From positions 6,891-70,890 of IMG/VR virus record IMGVR_UViG_3300044808_000010: 64,000 nucleotides of DNA, one strand, 5' to 3'. The notes beneath the pieces are model-generated. The model searched no databases. It was not told where the DNA came from and saw only the letters and a program-made list of their open reading frames with translations. Both the position numbers and the translations under genes were made by a program. Shown here one piece after another: positions 37,411-47,867 of this stretch (position 1 is the stretch's first letter; every line of letters begins with the position of its first letter). This DNA is from a virus.

Positions 37411-39578
37411 AGATAACCCTGTCTCCTTAGTCGCTCCTGATAATCCAGAAGCGCGCTTCCGGTCATACCAGATTTATCCTCATTTTCCAATCGTCTTCTG
37501 GCTTGATTCATTGCCGCCATCCGCCCGCGATAGTCCCATCCTGTCAGTTTCTCGACTTCTTCCGGCGCAAATGCAGGGTTCAGCGCCTTCATTCTGTCAG
37601 CCAAATCTTCTGCTTCGGACTTCGTTCCAGTCAGCGCGCCCCAGACGATTGCCGCTGCCCGAGCGTCGTCAACGAGATCATCATCCTTCTTTTCCGGCCG
37701 CATCTGACCGACAGGCTTTCCCGCTTCTTCTGGCGGGTAGTGATAGCCCTGAATCTGACGACGCAGATTCATCATACCCATAAAATCCGTTCCGGGCTCG
37801 ACATAAGGCTCGCCGTTTTCCCTGAGCCTCAGTTCGCCCTGGCCGTCTTGAGTCACGATGATCATGCGCGTGTAGCCCATCACTCGCCGCGCCACGTTGC
37901 CATGCTGATCAAGAATTGGATCACGCAACGGATGCGGCTTGTCCTTGTGAATCACCGTGAGAAACTCGGTGATTTGAGCAATGCCGGATTCGTAGTCAGT
38001 CTTCCAGCCTTCAAATTCAAGCCCGTATTCTTCTGAGTAATTGACTCGCTCAGACTCAGCTTCATGGGAGTTCTGCCGCAGCGCCATTTTCCCGTCTTCA
38101 TCGTCCGGCGCTTCAAACATGCGAACGTTATCGACAATCAGGCGGAACGTCGCTCCAATTGGCGCAAGCCATTCACGGAAGAAAAACACACAGTCAGAGA
38201 ACCTTCGGTGATCCGGCAGTCGCCAGCACCAGAGCCATGCGTTCCTGTGCTTCGCGGTCGCGCCACGGTCATTGAAGCACGCTATCTCGCACTGGCCTTG
38301 CGGTATTCGCGGCCGCCCATCCCCGTCGTCGGGAAAGAATATCCCTTCCCTGCCCATCGCGCGCCGCAACTCCGACATCGTGATGACAGTATGAATCTCG
38401 GAATACATCGGCCACACGCGCCCAGGCTGCGAGGCTTCCGGGTCCATGTCGATTTCCTGCGCAATCAACTCCTTCGACATCTTCGGCCCGATGTAGCCGA
38501 ACGGCAGCGAGGCATACCAGCGCGCGTCTTTCCACGGATGGTCTTTCCAGTTCAGCGTGAAAACGTTCGCGCCCTCAGAGATCCAATCCTCGTAAAACTG
38601 ATTGAATTTGCCCTTGACCGACGAAATCTCAATTACCGACTTCGACGTACCGCCCGCCACCGAATCCTTCTGCGCATACCCACCATCAGGCCATGCCGCA
38701 AACTCGTCCATGATGACGACTGTAGCGCGCTGCTGGCGCCCAAAGTTCTTTACCGGCGCTTCCCCGGAAACTACAGAGCCGTTGTTCGGGTTCGCCAGCA
38801 TCATTCCTGACGAATGTTTACGCCAGTCAAAACTCTCCGGCATCATCCAGGCCGGCAGGAGCCTGAGTTGCATCCTGATCTTCTCGAATAACGTGTCAGG
38901 ATTCCTCTGTGAATCAACCAGGTCGTCTTTACGGGAAGACAGAAGCGCGGTAAAGCCGGATACCACTAACCACTTCAGCGCCGACCAGTCGCACGCAATG
39001 ACAGTTGCGCCCATGTCCCGCGACTTCGGAGCCACGCCGGAAGACCTCTGGATGAACACCATGTCTTCCAGCCACGCAATGAACTCTTTCTGGCGCTCAA
39101 ACGGAGATAGCGGGACGGTAGCGAGCCCAGAGTCGGCGCGCGGGTCGAATCCCCAGGCGTAGTATTCGAACCAGTGGATCGCGCCCTCCGCCCCGTCAGC
39201 AATCTTCTCGAGTTCGCGCTTTCGGTTCTTAATCCCGTCAAGGTATTTCAGGCGCTTCTGCGCGACATCGGCGGCGCGGTTGAGTTGCCACGCAACGAGG
39301 TCTTTCTGATACTCGCGGGCTTCGCGCTCAGTTTCGTTGCGCGCTTTTTTGATTAGCGCGGCGATCTTCTTTTGTTCAGCGGGGATTGTTTGCCGGGCGG
39401 CAATACATTGGTGGAGGGCGGTAATGAGCGGGTCGGGAGCCTTCAGGACGGACTTGAGACGCCCGCGCGCGGCCATGACGGTCGCGCGCTCAGATTCGTC
39501 CATGTGCGGCCAAAGTTCGGCGAGATCGTCGTCAGACCACGACTCGATGCCGGGGCGGTTAGGCAGGCCCACTGTCAC
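37407..39578 (-). CDS. terL: terminase large subunit
   Basis: Walker A variant KSRDMGAT, Walker B VVIMDEFA, coupling motif ISSV.G, C-terminal DDDLVDD nuclease motif. Confidence 0.9.
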   Translation of the reverse strand: MTVGLPNRPGIESWSDDDLAELWPHMDESERATVMAARGRLKSVLKAPDPLITALHQCIAARQTIPAEQKKIAALIKKARNETEREAREYQKDLVAWQLNRAADVAQKRLKYLDGIKNRKRELEKIADGAEGAIHWFEYYAWGFDPRADSGLATVPLSPFERQKEFIAWLEDMVFIQRSSGVAPKSRDMGATVIACDWSALKWLVVSGFTALLSSRKDDLVDSQRNPDTLFEKIRMQLRLLPAWMMPESFDWRKHSSGMMLANPNNGSVVSGEAPVKNFGRQQRATVVIMDEFAAWPDGGYAQKDSVAGGTSKSVIEISSVKGKFNQFYEDWISEGANVFTLNWKDHPWKDARWYASLPFGYIGPKMSKELIAQEIDMDPEASQPGRVWPMYSEIHTVITMSELRRAMGREGIFFPDDGDGRPRIPQGQCEIACFNDRGATAKHRNAWLWCWRLPDHRRFSDCVFFFREWLAPIGATFRLIVDNVRMFEAPDDEDGKMALRQNSHEAESERVNYSEEYGLEFEGWKTDYESGIAQITEFLTVIHKDKPHPLRDPILDQHGNVARRVMGYTRMIIVTQDGQGELRLRENGEPYVEPGTDFMGMMNLRRQIQGYHYPPEEAGKPVGQMRPEKKDDDLVDDARAAAIVWGALTGTKSEAEDLADRMKALNPAFAPEEVEKLTGWDYRGRMAAMNQARRRLENEDKSGMTGSALLDYQERLRRQGYL

Positions 39579-40071
39579 TCTCCGGGAGTTCTAAGATTTT
39601 GTCCCCCAGTGGGGGAGACTTTTCCGCCGCTGCCCGCTTCGCCTCAGCACGCTGAATTGCCAACAAGGCTTTATCTTCCAACTCGTTCTTCGCCGCATCG
39701 GCTTCGTCTGGATTCACTGTATCATTCGCCTTCCCTTGCATCGTTTTCTTCATGGCAAGGATTTCCTTGGCGGTCTTCGCGAGGTCAGGCAGCGAGGCTT
39801 TCGACACTTTCCGATTAATGGCGTCAAAAATCAGGAACAGCGTCTTGTCCAGCTTCTCTTCGACGTTGCCTTTCCAGATCGTAACAAGTTCGCGCGTCGC
39901 TTCGTCAAGCTCTTCGACTTTCGCGCGCTTCAGCCAGTAGCGACAGGTTCCCGGCGATATCTTTACCTCTGTCGCCGCGCGGCGCAGGTTCCCTTCATGC
40001 TTTTTGTACGCCGCGAAAAACCTATCGCGGTCAGCCTGAGAGTGCTTGGGAATGAAGTTTTGGCCGGGCAT
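39559..40071 (-). CDS. terminase small subunit
   Basis: N-terminal HTH (GNLRRAATEVKISPGTCRYW); immediately upstream of TerL. Confidence 0.7.
   Translation of the reverse strand: MPGQNFIPKHSQADRDRFFAAYKKHEGNLRRAATEVKISPGTCRYWLKRAKVEELDEATRELVTIWKGNVEEKLDKTLFLIFDAINRKVSKASLPDLAKTAKEILAMKKTMQGKANDTVNPDEADAAKNELEDKALLAIQRAEAKRAAAEKSPPLGDKILELPESDSGPA
39602..39616. repeat. dispersed palindrome copy 10 TCCCCCAGTGGGGGA
   Basis: In TerS C-terminus, SPPLGD. Confidence 0.95.
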
Positions 40072-43000
40072 TATTCGATGATCTTGTCGATGCGCTCTTT
40101 CAGGGCATCGCGCTTCTCTGCGGGGAGTTTCTTCAATCCGCGGCGCACCTTCTTCTTCAGCATCGGAATCAGTTCCTCTTTCTGCTCTGGCTTCGCCTGT
40201 TCGACCGCTTCAACCGCCGTCTCCAAGGGCAGGGGAATGAACGACGATTGCAGGGCGCTGAACTTACCCTTTTTGTGCAGTTCTTTCAAGTCGTCTTTCG
40301 CCAGTTTACCTTCTTCAATAAGACGCTCAATCTCGTCATCCTGGTCGTCTCCGGCGCGCTGGCGCTTAACGATTTCTTTCTTTAATTGCTGGCGCTCAGG
40401 ATCAGCGGCTTTGGGAAACCCATTCGGGAACTTTTCATTGTAGTAATCGCGGATGACCTCTTCGGTTGCCGTATGATATTTACCTTCCTGAAGCCCCATC
40501 GAATTCACGAAAGACTCCCACCATGCATCGTCTGTATGGCCTTTCAGGCTAATCGGCATCGGCGACTTGACGAAGCTTTTGATTTGCTCGGCGGCATCAA
40601 CCTTCTGGCCGCGATCATCGCGTCCGGTCAGCGCTGTAATGCCGGCCACAGAGACAGGCGAGAGACGGTGATAACTAAACCCGCGCGGGTCCGAAATCAA
40701 ATGCACAATATCGGCCGGGACGGTACGCACGCCGAACCAGCGCTTTTTATACATGATTCGAAACATGTTCTCCGGTTCCCAGTGATAGTCATCGTCCAGA
40801 AGTTTATTCAGGATGCGCGCTGACGTGTACTGGGTTATCGCCAAAAGCCCGAGCGCGGCCAATTGTTCGCGACCGTGATACTTCACCTGCTTGCCTTCCG
40901 GCGTTGCCAGTATCTCCGGCTTGATCGCCTGGGCGACAAATCTCGCGCGCGCCTCCAAAAAATCCGGTGCCAGCAGGAACACTCGTAGCGCGTCCTGATA
41001 CGACGGATTGCGACCCATGTACTTATAGTTCAACTCGCCAAAGGCCGCGTTGGATTGCTCGGCCGTCATCTCCGCAATCTGGTCGGGGTTCAGGGTCTTG
41101 CCGTAACGCTTCGTATTTCGTTCGTAAGCGTGCAGCGCCATCGTCATCTTCAATTCGGGAATGAAGTCCCGGAAAAGGTAATCCTGATAAGGCTGGAAAA
41201 TTCGACTGCCAAGAATGGGTATCTTGTTCGTCAGGTTTCCGCCCGTCAGCCCTTCGCTGAACTCTTCCATTCCGTCAAAGGTCGCTACTTGAAGGCCGCG
41301 CTTAATCAGCAGACTTTGCGTCGGATCGTCGAAATTCAACTTAATTCGATTCAACGGATTGACCTTGTGTCCGAGCGCGTGAATTCCTTCTTGAACCTGG
41401 TGGAATCCCGAGAGCGAAAACATAGTGCCCTTAATGGTCGTTTGGGCGGTTTTGACGCCGCGCGCAATTGTCGGCAGCGTATCCTTCCCCGAAAACCATG
41501 AGCGCCCCAACACGTTCTTCAAATGTCCATACGCTTCCGGGTGAACCAGCATGTCGCCCTTCATAAAAATAGGCGTCTTGTTCTCTCCCTTCGTGTTCAT
41601 CAACCACTTCCAGCCGCGCAAGGCAGGGTGATCGACAACGCGGTAGTCAGAAAGGTCAAGCGGTTCTTCCTGCATCGCCTTTCGGGCGACCGCCGTAGGC
41701 ATGCTGGGCTGCTTCGTATGAGGGCGAATCACATACTGTTCGGGCGGTTCTTCGCCTTCGGGCACAGCCGCGCCACTTCCGGAGATTTCTACTAATGGTC
41801 GTCCGTCGCTGGCCTTAGAACCATGCAAACTCAGAATGAATTGCCGCGAGAAGATCGCCCGGTCGAGGCTCTGATTGTAAATGGAAAGCAGCGTCCCAAT
41901 GTCCTTCGATAGCGGTTTGCGGCCTATCTGCTCGCCTTCGAAGAAACTGTCAAAGATGCGCTGCTTGGCAAACCGAAAGTTGGGCTCCAACAATCCTCTT
42001 TGTACATCTGCCATCAGATTCTTTGTAACTTCGTTCGAGCGCGACCATGCCTGGTTGACGTAGTTCTCAACGACGCCATTCAGAATCCCGGCCGCGTGCG
42101 CTTCCTGCCAGCGCGACTCGTAATACGACGAGATATTATTCGCCACCGTCTTCTCTTCGTCGGTCAATCTCTGCGCCTCTTCATATCCCATGCGAAGCCG
42201 GAGTTTTGACGCTGCCGCCCGTTGCGCTAAGACAGTGAGGTCGCCGCCAGCCTGAATGTAGTTTGTGATGGCCTCGCGCCGGAGTTTGCTCGGAATCTGC
42301 TTCTTAATCTGCTTCGCGAACTGGCGCGTTTCGTGATCGCTCCGTTGCGCCGCGTACAGGAAGTCGCCAAGGTCTTTCTTGTACTCCGTCACCTCGGGGC
42401 GGGTCAGCACGGCCTCGCCAATGGCTTTCATGCGCGCCAGACTGTTTACTACCCAGTCCTTGCCTTGTGAGGCTTTGTCGGCGGCGTCCAGCGCAGAGGC
42501 GGTCAGGTTGCGCATGCCTTTGCCCTTCGGGAGTTTTGCGATGGCCTCGGACAATTGCTCTATCGTGCTCGCAGCCGGAACGTCGCCTTTGGCCGCAGCG
42601 CCGGGACCAAAACTGAGTCTCTCCCCCATGGGGGAATTTTCGGCATTGCCCTTAAACTTGGCCTGAGCCTCGTTGGCTGTGCCTTCCTCAATGGTGTAAC
42701 CCTGCTTCTCTAATACCTGTTTGTAGCGCTCAAAAGCATGTAGTGGCACCCCGGCCATCGCCTCGCCGTGACGCTGAGTTTTGGTTATCTCTAGCAATTT
42801 AGCGGCGACCACGGCATCATCACCGAAAAACTCCATGAAGTCCCCGAGACGATAGCCTTTGATTGTTTTCTTGGCGACAGCAGCGGGAGCCTCTTCTACC
42901 GCCGGAGTTGCTGTGGCTCCCGTTTTCGCTTTTGCAGCGAAGCGAGGAATGCGTATACCGCGCTCGGTTTGCTCTGCGGCGTCAAAGTCAAATCGTTTAT

Positions 43001-46000
43001 CTAATCCCTGAATCTTTTTAAGCGCGTCAACCTGCCGTTGCGTTTTCGCGATGACTGCCTTTACCGATCCAACGTATGAAGAGTCAACACGATACTCAGT
43101 GCCGCCGCCCATCTCTTTAACGATACCAAGCATCGGCTTTTCACCTGTACGCTCAAATCCATTAACCAGTCGAGGGTCGAACTCCAGAACCACTCCGCGC
43201 CCGCCCTGTCCCAACGCAAGATCAAGGTTGTCGCTTACGTCAATGGAGTGCGAGCGTGCGTTCCATCTCTCAAGTCGGGGTATTAACTTGCGAGCATTAT
43301 CCAGAGACGTTTCGTGGTAAACCGACTCCACGTCTTCGGGCAGAATCTCTTTAAGGTTCTTTTGCCATACGGCACGCGAGCGCGTGTCGGGAATGCCACT
43401 AATCTTCTGCCCCTGCTCCCATCGTGGATCGTCAGGGCCAATCGTTTTCTCTGCTCTCAGGAAAGCATCAGCGTGCCCCTGACGAGTATGAGGCTTCTCA
43501 ATCTGGGGTGCAGGCGCACGACCGAGCGCGTCTCGTGTCGGCTCTGAAGTAGAGGGCACTACCTTCTCAGGCCGCGATGAAGCCGCTTCTTCGTTGGCGA
43601 TTCTGCTCACTTGGTCGATCAGTCTTTCGCCTATTTCATCCGCCGCGCCCATCCGATCTCCGTATCGGGTCTTATCCTCGATTCGTTGCGCCCTCAAGTC
43701 CTCAATCGTCGTCAACAACTTTGCTGCCCACGGCTCGTTAGAGTCTCTAAGCGTTGGCTCAATTTCATTCGCGATGTCGTCAGCGGTCGCAATACGATAG
43801 TTATCTGAGCCTTCATCATATTGCCGCATTACATCACGTAGATACGCGCGTTCGCCTCCATCCGCGCTCTCAAGAGGCGCGCCTTTCCCGCCTTCAAGTT
43901 CTCGTAAGAGTTTCAGTTTGTCAGGGCTGGGAGTTTCGCCTATCAGCGAGCCTTGGCGCGCGTAGTCATCTACCGTCATGCCCTTTTCGCGCAATCGAGC
44001 AAGCGTTTCCAAGGCCGCTGCCTTCTCCGGGTTCTTAGCCCGTTGGCGCGCCTGTTCTTCCTCAATCAATTTCGCGCGCTGATCTGGCTGCCTGGGCGGT
44101 GGAGCAGTTTCCTGCTCTAGCCCTTCGGAGACGAAGCCAAGTTGTTGCGCCGGGCTTTCAGAAGGACCTTGGCGAGATGGTTCCGGCGCGGATCGGGCTT
44201 GCTCTCCTTCGGCAATGATGTGGCTGACGTCTTGCTCGCTGACGCCGTACTCTTTGGCGACTTCGCGGAAGGCTGTAATGTCTGATTCATTGGCTTCTCC
44301 ATTGATTACTTTGTCGTAAGTTTTGCCTGCTTCCGGATGCTCCATCAAGGAAATCAGGTTGTCATAACTCGCCATTTCGTCGGGGAACTCTTTGCGATAT
44401 TCCGCGTCGAAATCAACGTCTTTTTCAGTTGACCATGACTTAAAAACGCCGCGATGATCGTTTTCCACGGCCTCAAGAAACTTGTTCGGGTCAACGTCAA
44501 AACTCAGCCCTCCGGTTCCTTCAGCTTTGCTGACCGTTACCCAGTCCCCGCGGTAGCCCTCTACGGCCATCTCCATTGCGAGTTGCTCGACTTTAGTGCC
44601 GGAGCGGTTGTTTACCAGCCCGGTCGTGCCAGTCTCGGTATTTGTCAGGCGCGAGAGGTTGCCTTTGTTGCCGGCGTCGCGATCCATCTTAATACCGCCC
44701 GCGGCACGAACGGCCTGAGATAGCGACATCGTTTGCGTGTCTACGGCGCGAGAGCGCGGCTTGTACGGCTTGACGGTGGTGACGACAGGCTCGCCTGCGG
44801 CTGTCGCTTTTTTGATTTCCGCATGAGTTAGAGTTTTAGGCGCGGTGGTCGTCTCAACTTCTTTAGGTGGCGTCGCAACGGCTTTTTCCTGCCCCTTGAA
44901 GCGACCTTCCAGCATTTTGACGATATAAAATTTTCCGCCAGCGACCATTTCTTCCTTGCCAGTATACTCAGCCAAGTCGCCCTTGAAATAAGTCGTCGGC
45001 TTCTGAGTAGGCGCGCCTTCCGCCTCGACTTCTTTTTCGATTTGCGCGCGTTCTCCTGGCGTTGGCTCCAGCGAAGTCGTCTCGCCTTTTCCGGCCTTAA
45101 CGGGCTTGCTCAAGCGCTCTTCGAATCTCTTCGTGAACTCGTCGTCCAACAGCCGATCAATTTCTGCGCGCGCTACCGCTTCGCCACTTGGTAGAGTTTC
45201 GGCTTGTGCTTCTTTGACGACTTGGGTTTCTTGGGCGCGTCGTTCAGCATCGCCGACATCACGTGGATGGGCAATTTCCCTTGGTTCGGGTATTCGCGCT
45301 CCCACCTCGCCGCGATCTCCGGGTGATTCGCCCACAGAAACCGCCTCTGCGCTTCGCTCTTGAACGGCATCGCTTCCCTCCGTTTTGAGTTTTTCAATCT
45401 CTGAAATTATGCTGGCTTGCGTCTCCGGCGACATGCGCTCAAATCCGGCGCTGTCACGCAACTTTTCCAGTCCGGTAACTCGCTCCGTGTTCGGGCGCTG
45501 CGCAAACTCTTCCAGCGGACGAATTACCTGCGAATGCTCCGGCGACTCGACTTCGAGTTTCCCACTCTGGATATCCTTCAAGTCCCCAATCTTCGCCTCG
45601 CGTACCGCTTCGCCTTCACGGACTCTGACCGGGCCGCCCAGCGCCGCAAAGGCTCCCATCGGAAGCGCCTGTCCCAACGCAGTTCCCGGCTTTTGTCCAG
45701 ACGCAATGCCCTGCGCGGTCGGAATTGCCGTCCAGACAAGAAACTGCCCAGCGCGACCGATCGACGCCGTGGCGCCCATGCCAAAGTGATACAGCAAACC
45801 GGTGGCTCCGCCTTTCACCAGACCGGTTACGCCTTCTTCCGGTTTCGACGATAGCGCGCCCCACAGTGGCAGATTCAGCGCGCCCAGCGCCTTGCCGCCG
45901 ATTATCAGCTTCGGAAGTTCGACGACCATCCCGCCAGCGCCGCGAAGGACGCCTTGACCAATTTCATCCACTATCCCTTCCGGCGCGCGCGAAGATTCGG

Positions 46001-47858
46001 CGATGTTCCTGTCCGTCTCGTCGGCGACAGAGCGCAAATAGCTTGACGCTTTTCCTTGCGCCTTGGGATACGCCATCTGAATTAACTGGGCAATCGGATT
46101 GGCCGGATCGCGACCTTCCAATTCCATGTAACGCGCTGCCTGGCGCAGCGTCTCGGCCAACGCCGCCGCCGTACCTTCGCCAACGGGTTGCAAGGTGTCC
46201 CGAATTGCCACTTTCCATGCAGGCATGCCCTCAATGGCCTTTTCACGCTCAAGCACGGAAGCATGGGGCGCGGCCGGAACACTGATATCAATCCCTCGCG
46301 CCTTTAGTCTCTTTTCCAGCGATGGATCGCCTGGCATCACAGTGCGATTCTTTTCTTCAGCGATGATGCGCTGTTGCTCCGCCGCGCGACGACTGGCCGA
46401 CCTGTCCACCGGGATCATTGGATTGCCGCCAAAGCCCGGCTCCGCTGGCAAATTCGCTCTCTCAGCATAAACAGGCTTCTTCACCAGCATGTCGTCGCTG
46501 ATGCCAGCGCGCTTGCGCATGATCGCCTGATAGTCCGGCGACTCGACGATCTGCTCTCCGCGCGCCTTCCGAACCTCATCGTCCGCCGCGGCGTGAACCG
46601 CCATCAGCGCAATCTGCCTTTGCTTGCTGGCCGGCAGGCTTCCTATCGCCGCTAACGTCTGCGGTCCAAAGTGCCAGGCAATGTGCGCGGCGAGTTTGTC
46701 GGGAGCGTTTTTCGCCAGCGTGGCGGTCTGTTTTTGTAGCGCGGCCTCAGCACTTCGTCTTTGCTCGGCAGCAACAAGTTGCTGTCTTTGCTGCTGGATT
46801 TTCTTTGGCAGTTTTTCGACTTCATCTGGTGAGTACGGTGCCCGCAGCATCGCGTCATGCAGGCTCTTTGGTAAAACTTTTCCTTTTGTGGCCGGGTCAT
46901 TCAAAAACTCAAGCCCGATATCTGCAATCCCTTTTGTCAAATCTTCGGGCGAGGCGTCAGGATTTTGCGCAAGAAATGTCTGAATCTTGACAAAGGTTTG
47001 CGCGTTCGCTTCATCTGCCAGCGCCGCATCAACTTTGCCGCCTTTCGTGTTTCGGCGCACAAAGTCAATGTAGGCTTGCTGCGCTTCCGGGCCTGCGTTG
47101 CCGATTTGACCGAGCGCGCCTGCCCATTCCTTATCGAAAGGCTTGATCGGCTCGTCACCTGTCTCGGCGGCCGTGAACTCGTCCGTGGCGCGTGCCGGCT
47201 TGGGCGGCGGCTGATAAGTTGGCGCGGTCGGCAACGCTACCGCAGGGATGCTCGGCGGCACGTCCGGGACAGGCACGGCGGGCGTTGGTGCCGAATCGTA
47301 GGGCTGAACGCCGTATGTCGGAGCGACCGTCCCACCTTGAGGGCTGATCGTATCGCTAGAAGGCGGAATCGTATCGCCGGGAGCCTCACTTTCCCCCATG
47401 GGGGACACGCCCAGTATTTCATCCAGCGAGTCTCGCGAGACATTAACCCTGTCAGCCGGAAGCGCCATGTGCCACGGCTCGTCACTGGGAATATGAAGCC
47501 CGCGCTCGCTCGCGAACTTATTCAACAAAGAATGGAGTTTCCCTTTGTTGGCTGGCGAGCTTGACCAGTCGATCGCTCGTGCCTGCTGATGTGGACTGAC
47601 TTTCACGTACCCGTCATTTCCTTTCGTTGGGTAGCCGTGAGTGTGAAGATAGTTCTGGCGCTCAGCCGTGCGATACCCGCTTTTGATGTAGGCGTCAGGC
47701 ACGCCATTCTCGCGAGCATAGTCCATAAACGCTCTGGCGTGAGCGCCCATGATGGGATTCCTTTCTTCGATTTCGATGAGTTTGCGGTCGGTGCTGGCCG
47801 CAGGAGTAAACTTCGGCGGACTTAGAAGTCGGTCAATTTCTTCGCGGGATTGAGACAT
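40071..47858 (-). CDS. giant polyvalent/ejection protein: M15 peptidase, ART-like and MutS-I domains
   Basis: SGYRT..RQ..L, SPHQQARAID, EPWH (M15); YHET...VSD...TEY (ART-like); YRLGDFMEFFGDDAVVAAKLL...MAGVP (MutS-I). Confidence 0.8.
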   Translation of the reverse strand: MSQSREEIDRLLSPPKFTPAASTDRKLIEIEERNPIMGAHARAFMDYARENGVPDAYIKSGYRTAERQNYLHTHGYPTKGNDGYVKVSPHQQARAIDWSSSPANKGKLHSLLNKFASERGLHIPSDEPWHMALPADRVNVSRDSLDEILGVSPMGESEAPGDTIPPSSDTISPQGGTVAPTYGVQPYDSAPTPAVPVPDVPPSIPAVALPTAPTYQPPPKPARATDEFTAAETGDEPIKPFDKEWAGALGQIGNAGPEAQQAYIDFVRRNTKGGKVDAALADEANAQTFVKIQTFLAQNPDASPEDLTKGIADIGLEFLNDPATKGKVLPKSLHDAMLRAPYSPDEVEKLPKKIQQQRQQLVAAEQRRSAEAALQKQTATLAKNAPDKLAAHIAWHFGPQTLAAIGSLPASKQRQIALMAVHAAADDEVRKARGEQIVESPDYQAIMRKRAGISDDMLVKKPVYAERANLPAEPGFGGNPMIPVDRSASRRAAEQQRIIAEEKNRTVMPGDPSLEKRLKARGIDISVPAAPHASVLEREKAIEGMPAWKVAIRDTLQPVGEGTAAALAETLRQAARYMELEGRDPANPIAQLIQMAYPKAQGKASSYLRSVADETDRNIAESSRAPEGIVDEIGQGVLRGAGGMVVELPKLIIGGKALGALNLPLWGALSSKPEEGVTGLVKGGATGLLYHFGMGATASIGRAGQFLVWTAIPTAQGIASGQKPGTALGQALPMGAFAALGGPVRVREGEAVREAKIGDLKDIQSGKLEVESPEHSQVIRPLEEFAQRPNTERVTGLEKLRDSAGFERMSPETQASIISEIEKLKTEGSDAVQERSAEAVSVGESPGDRGEVGARIPEPREIAHPRDVGDAERRAQETQVVKEAQAETLPSGEAVARAEIDRLLDDEFTKRFEERLSKPVKAGKGETTSLEPTPGERAQIEKEVEAEGAPTQKPTTYFKGDLAEYTGKEEMVAGGKFYIVKMLEGRFKGQEKAVATPPKEVETTTAPKTLTHAEIKKATAAGEPVVTTVKPYKPRSRAVDTQTMSLSQAVRAAGGIKMDRDAGNKGNLSRLTNTETGTTGLVNNRSGTKVEQLAMEMAVEGYRGDWVTVSKAEGTGGLSFDVDPNKFLEAVENDHRGVFKSWSTEKDVDFDAEYRKEFPDEMASYDNLISLMEHPEAGKTYDKVINGEANESDITAFREVAKEYGVSEQDVSHIIAEGEQARSAPEPSRQGPSESPAQQLGFVSEGLEQETAPPPRQPDQRAKLIEEEQARQRAKNPEKAAALETLARLREKGMTVDDYARQGSLIGETPSPDKLKLLRELEGGKGAPLESADGGERAYLRDVMRQYDEGSDNYRIATADDIANEIEPTLRDSNEPWAAKLLTTIEDLRAQRIEDKTRYGDRMGAADEIGERLIDQVSRIANEEAASSRPEKVVPSTSEPTRDALGRAPAPQIEKPHTRQGHADAFLRAEKTIGPDDPRWEQGQKISGIPDTRSRAVWQKNLKEILPEDVESVYHETSLDNARKLIPRLERWNARSHSIDVSDNLDLALGQGGRGVVLEFDPRLVNGFERTGEKPMLGIVKEMGGGTEYRVDSSYVGSVKAVIAKTQRQVDALKKIQGLDKRFDFDAAEQTERGIRIPRFAAKAKTGATATPAVEEAPAAVAKKTIKGYRLGDFMEFFGDDAVVAAKLLEITKTQRHGEAMAGVPLHAFERYKQVLEKQGYTIEEGTANEAQAKFKGNAENSPMGERLSFGPGAAAKGDVPAASTIEQLSEAIAKLPKGKGMRNLTASALDAADKASQGKDWVVNSLARMKAIGEAVLTRPEVTEYKKDLGDFLYAAQRSDHETRQFAKQIKKQIPSKLRREAITNYIQAGGDLTVLAQRAAASKLRLRMGYEEAQRLTDEEKTVANNISSYYESRWQEAHAAGILNGVVENYVNQAWSRSNEVTKNLMADVQRGLLEPNFRFAKQRIFDSFFEGEQIGRKPLSKDIGTLLSIYNQSLDRAIFSRQFILSLHGSKASDGRPLVEISGSGAAVPEGEEPPEQYVIRPHTKQPSMPTAVARKAMQEEPLDLSDYRVVDHPALRGWKWLMNTKGENKTPIFMKGDMLVHPEAYGHLKNVLGRSWFSGKDTLPTIARGVKTAQTTIKGTMFSLSGFHQVQEGIHALGHKVNPLNRIKLNFDDPTQSLLIKRGLQVATFDGMEEFSEGLTGGNLTNKIPILGSRIFQPYQDYLFRDFIPELKMTMALHAYERNTKRYGKTLNPDQIAEMTAEQSNAAFGELNYKYMGRNPSYQDALRVFLLAPDFLEARARFVAQAIKPEILATPEGKQVKYHGREQLAALGLLAITQYTSARILNKLLDDDYHWEPENMFRIMYKKRWFGVRTVPADIVHLISDPRGFSYHRLSPVSVAGITALTGRDDRGQKVDAAEQIKSFVKSPMPISLKGHTDDAWWESFVNSMGLQEGKYHTATEEVIRDYYNEKFPNGFPKAADPERQQLKKEIVKRQRAGDDQDDEIERLIEEGKLAKDDLKELHKKGKFSALQSSFIPLPLETAVEAVEQAKPEQKEELIPMLKKKVRRGLKKLPAEKRDALKERIDKIIE
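42622..42635. repeat. dispersed palindrome copy 11 TCCCCCATGGGGGA
   Basis: In giant gene, SPMGE. Confidence 0.95.
45173..45370 (-). CDS. overprinted small basic protein MPFKSEAQRR...
   Basis: Alternative frame inside the giant gene; RBS GGAGG; N-terminus matches a recurring standalone phage microprotein. Confidence 0.55.
   Translation of the reverse strand: MPFKSEAQRRFLWANHPEIAARWEREYPNQGKLPIHVMSAMLNDAPKKPKSSKKHKPKLYQVAKR
47392..47405. repeat. dispersed palindrome copy 12 TCCCCCATGGGGGA
   Basis: In giant gene, SPMGE. Confidence 0.95.
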
Positions 47859-47867
47859 TGCATCGTC

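Noticed and set aside
44117-44302. Second nested ORF in the giant gene (MNQTLQPSAK..., preceded by GGAG)
   Set aside because: Low complexity with no recognisable family; cannot be told from chance without Ribo-seq.
40071-47858. Tape-measure protein call for the giant ORF
   Set aside because: No tape-measure periodicity, no adjacent tail tube or chaperone genes, and a polyvalent-type domain mix.
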